Source: Phaeosaccion multiseriatum
Taxonomy: Eukaryota > Protista > Ochrophyta, other classes
Assembly (NCBI GenBank): GCA_965112735.1
Contig: OZ218950.1
Span: forward strand, 248,001-312,000
Direction of reading: 5' to 3'
Length of the DNA stretch: 64,000 nucleotides
The position numbers and the translations under genes are program-made. Within the stretch, counting starts at the first letter, position 1. Every line of letters begins with the position of its first letter. Positions 56,249-64,000 of the stretch are shown here, piece after piece. The notes beneath the pieces are model-generated. The model saw only the letters and a program-made list of their open reading frames with translations. It was not told where the DNA came from and searched no databases.

Positions 56249-57444
56249 TCATTCGTCCTGCTTCACCCTTGCTTCTCCGAACAGAGGGGCGGACTTGCTT
56301 ACGTCAAGGTTTTGAATGCGGCACACTCCCACAACCCTCTGCAGCAGAGGGGAGGGACAGGGGAGGGACAGGGGAGCGGGGAGGGCGGGGAGTGAGAATA
56401 AGAGGGGCGTGTGGAGGCACGGGAAGCAAGGAAGTAGGTAGAGGGCTCAGCACTCAACGGGCAGGCAAAAGGGGGCCAAGAAAACAACAGAGAATCCGTA
56501 GTACTGCTGTAGTGGCCAGGCTGATCCACTGATCCACTGATCCACTGATCCACTGATTCACTGATCCACCTCCTCCCCCTGTGTACCGTGACCGGCAGCA
56601 CACAGCTTGCAGTATGCAGCATGGCAGCGCTTGGTGACTCAACAGCACCGTCTCCAACACGCTGAGCCTGCTCCCTCCCACCCTCCCTCCCGGTCTCCCT
56701 CCCTCTCCCTCTCCCTCTCCCTATCTCTCGAACTCCCACCTCTCAGCCCTTCCGCACTCTCCTCTCTCTGACTCCTCCTTCCGCTCCCGCTCTCCCTCCC
56801 TCTCACTCACACACACCTCTGGTAGCTCTCCCTGCTCCCTCCCCTCCAGTGTAACTGCCACGTCCACGACGAGGGCCTTGGCGGCTCCGACGCACAGAGA
56901 CACAATGTTGTAGGCCACAGCGCTGCTCGCCACATCCACATCCTACAGGCGTATGGGGGATGGCAGTGGGTGGCAGCGGATGGATTTAGAGGAATATGGG
57001 AAGGGAGGATGGAGCACAAGGTGCAGATGCAGTGGGGTAAGTAGGTGGGTGGGTGGGCGGGAGGGAGGGAGGGGAGGGAGGCGGGTGAAGGGCTGCTACT
57101 GTGACACCAACTACTGCTGCAGCTGATGTTGTATCACCAACTGCAGCTCGTTCCACTGCCTGCCTAGCCCTCGCCCCTCTCTCCCTCTCTCCCACTACCC
57201 TCTCCTGCCCTCACCGTCTCTACGTAGCAGTCTCCGCGGAAGTAGCGCTGCGTGAGCTTGCGGCCCAGCAGAGTGGGCTTGCCTCCCACGGCCCTCTTCA
57301 CGACCCAGGGGCCGTCGATCACGCGCGGGCAAACCTTGAAGCGCTGGTAGCAAACAGGGGAGAGGGGAGAGGGGAGAGGGGAGGGTTGAGAGGGAGGGGG
57401 AGGGTGAGGGTCAGAGTTAGCGGCAGAGGCAGGGTCAGGGTGAC

Positions 57445-57477
<33 letters not shown>

Positions 57478-60400
57478 CATCAGAACCAGGGGCAGGGTCA
57501 AGGGCTAGAGCAGCAGGCTCCATCCTCCCCACCTGATTGCGGAAGTCGCTTTGGGGCAGGAAGCCGCGGTTTCCGTCGTCGACGTTTGTGTCAATGTCCT
57601 CCTCCTCCTCGGCCTTGGGCACATCTGCAAAGGCCCTCAGCAGTCGGATGAAGCGCCGCTCCTCCACGCTGCCGTACGCCTCCTCCCTCTCCGAGGGAAG
57701 CGCGAACACAGTCACAAAGGATAGGCACGGCTTGCCAGGTATCTGGTAGTTGGCGATGAAGAAGAAGGGTCCCCCACCCCCTCCATCTCTGCCTCCGCCT
57801 CCCCTCCCACCAGCGGCACTGCGGAGCCTATCCATGACGTCCTTACACCTTCCCTGCCTGGCAATGTGGTCTGCTCGAGACAAAGATGGCGGCAACGTGT
57901 ACAGCTCCGCGTGAACCAACACACCCATCGCCGGTCCCGAGGCCGCCTTCACCCTGTCCATCATGTAGTACTCTCCCCTCAGGCTAAAGTCACAGCTGGC
58001 ACCGATGTCCACCATCATCTCTCTTAGCTCGGGTCGGGCAGGGGACGCCTCCGGAGCAGCCGCGCTCATCATGTCCGCAAGCGCGGTGGTGGTCGGGGCG
58101 GGAGACATACGCGAGGAAGAGGGCTTCATACCCTTCCCACTCTTGCTCTTGCTCTTACCCACCAACCCTCTTCTCGACCGTCTTGATCCCTGCTGCTGCG
58201 GCTGCTGCTCTGGGCCGGTGGTGAAGCGGGTCGCTCTGTGAGAAAGAGAGAGGGAGTGTGTGTGTGTGTGTGTGTGTGTGTGAGCAACAGAGAGAGATGA
58301 GGGATAGATGGATGGAGAGGGAAGGGTGGAGAGAGAGAGGGAGAGAGAGAGTGAAAATGTGTGAGAGCGAGAGAGGGCGGGGTAGAGGTAGAGAGAGTGT
58401 GAGAGAGAGTGAGTGTGTGTGTGTGTGTGAGAGAGAGACCAGAGAGAGCGAGAGAGAAAGAGGTGGCAAAAACAAAAAGCAACGGCAACAAAAGAATCAG
58501 AAGAAAGGGCGACGCGTGCCCTCCCCACCTCTTCCCCCCTCAAACCCCATCCACTGCCATCCGTACCTTCTGTCGCCCTCCCACCCTCCTCCACCCTCCT
58601 CCCTGGCCCTCCTACTCTCCTCCGCCGTGACGAGGGTTTCCAGATCGTCATCCGACAAGGGCACCGCGAGTGCGTGAGGGTCGAGCGTATGCAACCTCAC
58701 TGCCCCGAGAAGCTGCTCAGGCAACTCATCCGCTGTGCGCCCTGGGGAAGGGGGTGACGGTGCAGGGGTTTGAGTTTGAGTTGTGTGTGGCGTACATGTC
58801 TGCGTCTAGGAGGATGTGGGTGTGTGAGTGGGTGCGTCTCACGAAAAGAAAGTGCCTCTCTTCTAGACTGCCCCTCGGCCGACTCACTGAGTGCACTTAC
58901 TCACTCACCCACTCACTCACTGACTGACTGACTGACTGACTGACTGACTGACTGGCTGACTGCCCGACGGACATGCGGGCTGCCTAACTGATTGACGGAT
59001 TGAGGACGGATTGAGGACGGATTGACGACAGACTGACTGACTGCCGATCGACTGACACCAGGCACTGATTGACTGACACCAGGCACTGATTGGCTGAAAC
59101 TGGGCACTGACCTTCAAGAGTGAGTCCCAGGTCGATGACGAGCTTCCTCCCGTTCTTGGCACATAAGTGTGCGGCCTTCAGAGCCACGGTCGATGAGCCG
59201 ATGCACACGTCCACCTGACACACGCACACATCCACGCACGCACACACACACACACACGAGGGCACGGGGTGAAGAGAGGCCTGGCAGGCTACGCTGCTTC
59301 TGAGACGAGAGTGAGACGAACGCAACGCACGGTGAGCCAGAGCCTCACGCCCTGGCTATCTGACACCTGACACTACAGACAGATAGATAGACAGACAGGC
59401 AGACAGACAGACAGGCAGACAGATAGACAGATAGACAGACAGATAGACAGACAGATAGACAGACAGATAGACAGACAGAGAGACAGGCAGACAGACAGAC
59501 GGACAGACACCTGCCACCTGACTGCCGCCAGCACAGAGCTCAAGCGTGCGCTTCGTTCGTCATCCTCGTCATCCTCGTCATCCTCGTCATCCTCGTCATC
59601 CTCGTCATCCTCGTCATCCTCCAGAGCCACGCCCTACAACTCACAGGGCCCTTGCTCACTCATGAGCGCATCAGTCCTCATGTCCGCCTCACAGAGTCAA
59701 TCAGTCAGTCAATCCACCAATAAACAAATCAATCAAGCCAGCATATATATAAAGCCATCAACCAGTCAGTCAACCAGTCAATCAACCAGTCAATCAATCA
59801 GCCAATCAATCGATCAATCACGTCACTCCTACCTCTCTCCCCCCTCGCGGCGCTTCCCCTCTTACCGCTTACCGCACTCCCTCCCTCGCTCCCTATCAAT
59901 TCTATTCACTGCCATCTGACAGACCCATCATCATTCACTGCCATCTGACAGACCCTTCACTACCATGAGACTTCTCCGCCCTCCCTCCCTCCTTCCTTCC
60001 TTCCCTCCTTCCTTCCCTCCCTTCTTCCTTCCCTCCTTCCCTCCCTCACTCACTCACTCACTCACCTCCAGATATCCTTGCCCCCTAAAGTAGCGCAGCA
60101 TGAGTCTCTGCCCGATGAGTGTGGGCGTCTGAGGCAGCGACTTGGCTAACCAAGATCCCTCCACTATAGTGGGAATGAGCTTGAGCCGCTCGTTCTGGAA
60201 AGAGTCCTTGCCCAGCACCCCGGAGCGGAGACCCTCTTCTTTCTCGCCGCCCTCCTTGTCAGAATCAGCACCGGCGGCATCACTCTGCAGCAGCGCCTCA
60301 CCTTCACCACCTGCACTATCAAATGCTGCTGCTACTGCTGCTGCTTCTGGCCTCTCTGCTACATCGTCATCATCACTATCACCATGGCCATCCCCATCCA

Positions 60401-61338
60401 TATCGTCATCCTCAGGCACGTCCATGAACTGCCGGAGCATCCTTGCAAGGGCCCGCCGATCTCGCTCATCGTCTCGCTCATCTCCCCCCTCGTCTTCCCG
60501 TTGGTGATACGCACTGCCACTTCCACTGCCACTGCCACTGTGAAGCGATGAGGGGCGGGAGATGGAGATGGAGGCCTTTGATGTCTTGTGAAGCAAGTTC
60601 TTGACCTTGCCGCCCCCAGACGCAGACACACTTGACGAGCTAGAGCTCTTCGAGTGCGAGTGAGACGAAGAAGAGGAATCCCCCCCCCCTGCCCCTGTTG
60701 ACACTTGTCCTCTCCCTCTCCCTCTCCCTCTGTCTCGCGCAGCGCTCTCCTCCAAGTCAAAGTCAAAGTCCTCCTCCAAACCCTCAAAAAAGGAGGCAGG
60801 GAGACGCCAGTAGCACACCAGACTCAGAGAGCCTTCCCTGTCTTTCTCTTTGTCCTTTTCCTTGCCCTCCATTTGGAAGTTCACAATGAGCAGCGGTGGC
60901 AGGCGGCCTGCTCCCACCCCTTCTCCCCCTCCTCCTCCTCCTCGTCCTCCTCCTCCTCCTCCTCCTCCTCCTCCTCCTCCTCCTCCTCCTCCTCCTCCTC
61001 CTCCTCCTCCTCCTCCTCCTCCTCCTCCTCCTCCTCCTCCATCGTAGCCGCCATCTATGTCATCATCATCGTCGTCGTCGAAGCCATCGCTGCGGTCGCT
61101 GCCCGTCTGGAGCGCCAGGAGGCTCTCCCTCGCGCGATCAAAGCGAACGATGTGATCAACCCTCCTCAAGGGGTGGTTGATAGAGAAGACGTCGACGTGC
61201 ACCAATCGGCAGGCAGCATACGGGTTCCGGACCTTTACATCGACCGCACCGGCGTCAGGGTGGGGGTGAGGGTGAGGGTGAGGGTGAGGGTGGGGTGGAG
61301 GGGGAGGGTGAGGGTGAGGGTGGGATGGAGGGGGGGGC

Positions 61339-61405
<67 letters not shown>

Positions 61406-61557
61406 GGGTGGAGGGGGAGGGTGAGGGTGAGGGTGGGGTGGAGGGGGAGGGTGAGGGTGAGGGTAAGGGTGAGGGTGGGATGGGGGGGGGGGCGAGGGTG
61501 AGGGTGAGGGTGAGGGTGGGGTGGAGGGGCAGGGGGAGGGTGAGGGTGAGGGTAAGG

Positions 61558-61626
<69 letters not shown>

Positions 61627-63878
61627 AGAGTGAGGGTGAGAGTGGGGGTGAGAGTGGGGGTGAGAGGTGGGGGTGAGAGTGGGGGTGAGGGGTACCCCTC
61701 TGATGAATGCTCACCTTAAGTTTGTCAGAGAGATAGTGCCGCCCGCGAAGCTCGAACTGACTGCTGCCCAGGCCTGTCAGTACGGAGGGTCGTTGAGGCG
61801 GATGGCAGTGGAGGTATGGCAGTGGATGAAGAAGGGCGGGGGGGGGGGGGGGGGGGAGATGGCAGTGGAGGGAGGAGTCGTGGGGATGGCAGTGAATGGA
61901 GGGTGGGGGAAGGGGTGGGGTTGTTGGAGGGAGAAGGTGGGGGGTAGCACCACAACATCGCCCACAGGGAAGTGGAAAGGCAACAAAGGCGGGCTGCATC
62001 ACCAACTGCTGCAGCTGGAGACAAGCTCTTGCCCCCTACTAGATATGAACCCTCCACACATCCACCCATCCACCCATCTATCCACACGCACACACACATG
62101 CACACACCTGCATCCTCTACGTGGTCCCACAGCTCCGGACGCAGCCTGGGCATCCCCGGTGGGCCCCCTGGGGTCCCCCCTGGGAAAAGGCCACTCCCTC
62201 CAGGGGAAAGGCTGAAAGACGAAGTGGCCCGGATCGAAGCCGCGGAGGACATTGAGCCCGTCCCGCGCCTATACGGATTAAGTTTGAGTTTCAGTTGTTA
62301 GGTTGGTTCGCCATTCAGTTTCTAAGATTCAAGTGCGATGAAAGGAAGGCGGTCAGTCACCATTTCAGATTGAGACAACGAGCAGGAAGAAGCCTTCGAA
62401 CCTCTCCCTCCCTACCTCCCTCCCTCCCTCCCTCCCCTCCTTCCCCCCATCCACTGCCATCCCTCCCTCACCGATGGCCTTGTCTGGGCCTCTCGTACAG
62501 CGGCTCCGGCGTCCGCTCCCCCCACTGCAGCCGGTCCACCCTTATCGTCCCCAGCACCTCCTCGGGTAGCTCCTCCTCAGAAGCGGCCTCCAAGAGGAAA
62601 CCTTCGCGGGGGATGGCAGTGGATGAGATTGAGGGAGGAGGGAGAGAGAGAAGGAGGGAGGAAGGAGGGAGGGAGGGAGGGAGGGAGGGAGGGAGGGAGG
62701 GAGGGGGGTGGGTGGGAGAGAGCAAATAAACTGACTGAAAATGGGGGGGTGGCAGTAGATGGGACAACTTCATCGATACATATCGTACCTTCGACATGAT
62801 ACATCGACATCGATACATCGATAAATAATTCCTTCGACTTATCACCCTCCCCCGAACCATGACGTAGCACAGCAGCATACGGAACATTACGTAGGCACGT
62901 ACCTAAGTCCAACACCATGTCCTCTGTGTGTGGAAGCACCTTGCCCACCACTGCCTCGGCCCACACCGAGGCCGTCAGGTCCACACACGTCTCCATGTAG
63001 CACAAGCCTCGGAAGTGTCGCAGAGGGATGTGCTGCCCGACACGCTTGGGGCCTCCGCTGTCTGCGGCGGTGCGTGCCGCCCAGTGGCCTTGAGCTACCT
63101 TGGAGATGACCTTTGGGATGGGATTGAGAGAGATATTGAAAGGGGGGGGAGGGAGGGAGGGAGGAAGAGAGAGAGCGAGAGCGAGAGAAAGAGGGAGAGA
63201 TATGAGATACATGTATACAATACGAGAGAGGTATGAGAGAGAGAAGGGAGAGAGAACATGCGAGAAAGAGAAACAGAGAGAGAAGAGAGAGAGAAAGAGA
63301 GAGAAGAGAGAAGGGAGAGACCGAGGGAGAGAAGTGATAGAGGAACGAAGCGAGAGAGAGGCAATCCACAGAGACGGCAGCAGAGAGGGTTAGTCAGCTG
63401 CATGGCAAAGGAGTCACGCCATGCACGTCCTGAATGAACTGAAACGGACATGCAAACGAAAATGAAAACTGGCGACACCGACCTTGAGTCGCTGATTGCG
63501 AAAGTCCGTCTTCCCGAGGGGGGCATCCCCCGACCACCATGCGACCCCCTCGGGAAGGGCTGAGTGGACAGGGAGGCTGCAGTAGCGCAGCAGGAGAGAG
63601 ACGAACTTGTCGCTACCGCTCTCATGCTCTCTGTCCGTCTCTCTGTCTGTCTGTCGCTGTCTCTGTCTGTGGCTGGAGCTGTGGTTCCTAACGCTAGTGC
63701 TGTCCAAGCCGCTGGTCTGGACACCTCTGTCTCCTGCGCCTGCACCTGTGGGGGGGTGGTGGTTCGGGGGGCCTGCTGAAGCGGATGCTGCTGTATCACC
63801 AACTGCTGGTGCTGCTGCTGCTGCTGCTGCTGCTGCCTCATGGCTTGAATCTGAGGCCTCCTCTCTTGTCATGGGGGT
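56249..63878 (-). CDS. Protein with at least three tandem EDR2 C-terminal (DUF1336) domains; 5' end beyond window
   Basis: Three copies of the pattern FRN.R.K....(I/V)..G.W.......P..(I/L/V)G......(Y/H)FRG..Y.E...D...S..A......LVID.G..LE.....ELPE..LG..R. FELRGRHYLSDK and FSLRGEYYMMDR open repeats 2 and 3. Last exon 56338-56249 (RVVGVCRIQNLDVSK...). Confidence 0.85.
61262..61690. repeat. (TGAGGG)n-type intronic hexamer repeat
   Basis: Seen directly; a similar tract lies at ~57400-57480. Confidence 0.85.
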
Positions 63879-64000
63879 CTGCGGAGGAGGAGGAGTGAGT
63901 GAGAGAGTGAGTGAGAGAGTGAGTGAGTGAGTGAGTGAGAAGAGAGAGTGAGGGAGAAGAGAGGAGTGAGGGGGAGGGAGGGAGAGAATGTTCAGCCCCT

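Noticed and set aside
61262-61690. Interstitial telomere
   Set aside because: The unit is TGAGGG rather than TTAGGG, it is degenerate and intronic, and similar tracts occur in other introns.

Overview
Eukaryotic nuclear DNA from a photosynthetic stramenopile (ochrophyte), judged from an Lhcf-type antenna gene and ASAFAP-like bipartite plastid presequences. Introns are numerous and full of microsatellites, so most ORFs in the supplied track are artefacts; I rebuilt gene models by hand from splice sites and reading-frame phase. There are 13 genes: PsbP-like (3' part); plastid DHQ dehydratase/shikimate dehydrogenase with a very large Gly/Tyr/Arg repeat region; an 18-kb C2/coiled-coil/kinesin-3/FHA gene with a 5x tandem exon-pair duplication; KDSR; a ROK kinase; a 5'-truncated aldo-keto reductase; Lhcf; a plastid START protein; PEX11; a Tim17-family protein; a YeeE/YedE sulfur-compound transporter; a CoA-persulfide reductase-rhodanese; and a triple EDR2_C-domain gene (5' end off window). 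Best candidate new system: the head-to-head YeeE/YedE + CoADR-rhodanese pair, resembling a bacterial reactive-sulfur locus in intron-rich eukaryotic form. It carries two GC-AG introns and a long hairpin just after the reductase stop codon. Also notable: an 11-mer, GTTGGTGATAC, present in 10 exact copies regardless of reading frame. I recognised no rRNA, tRNA, CRISPR or transposase.
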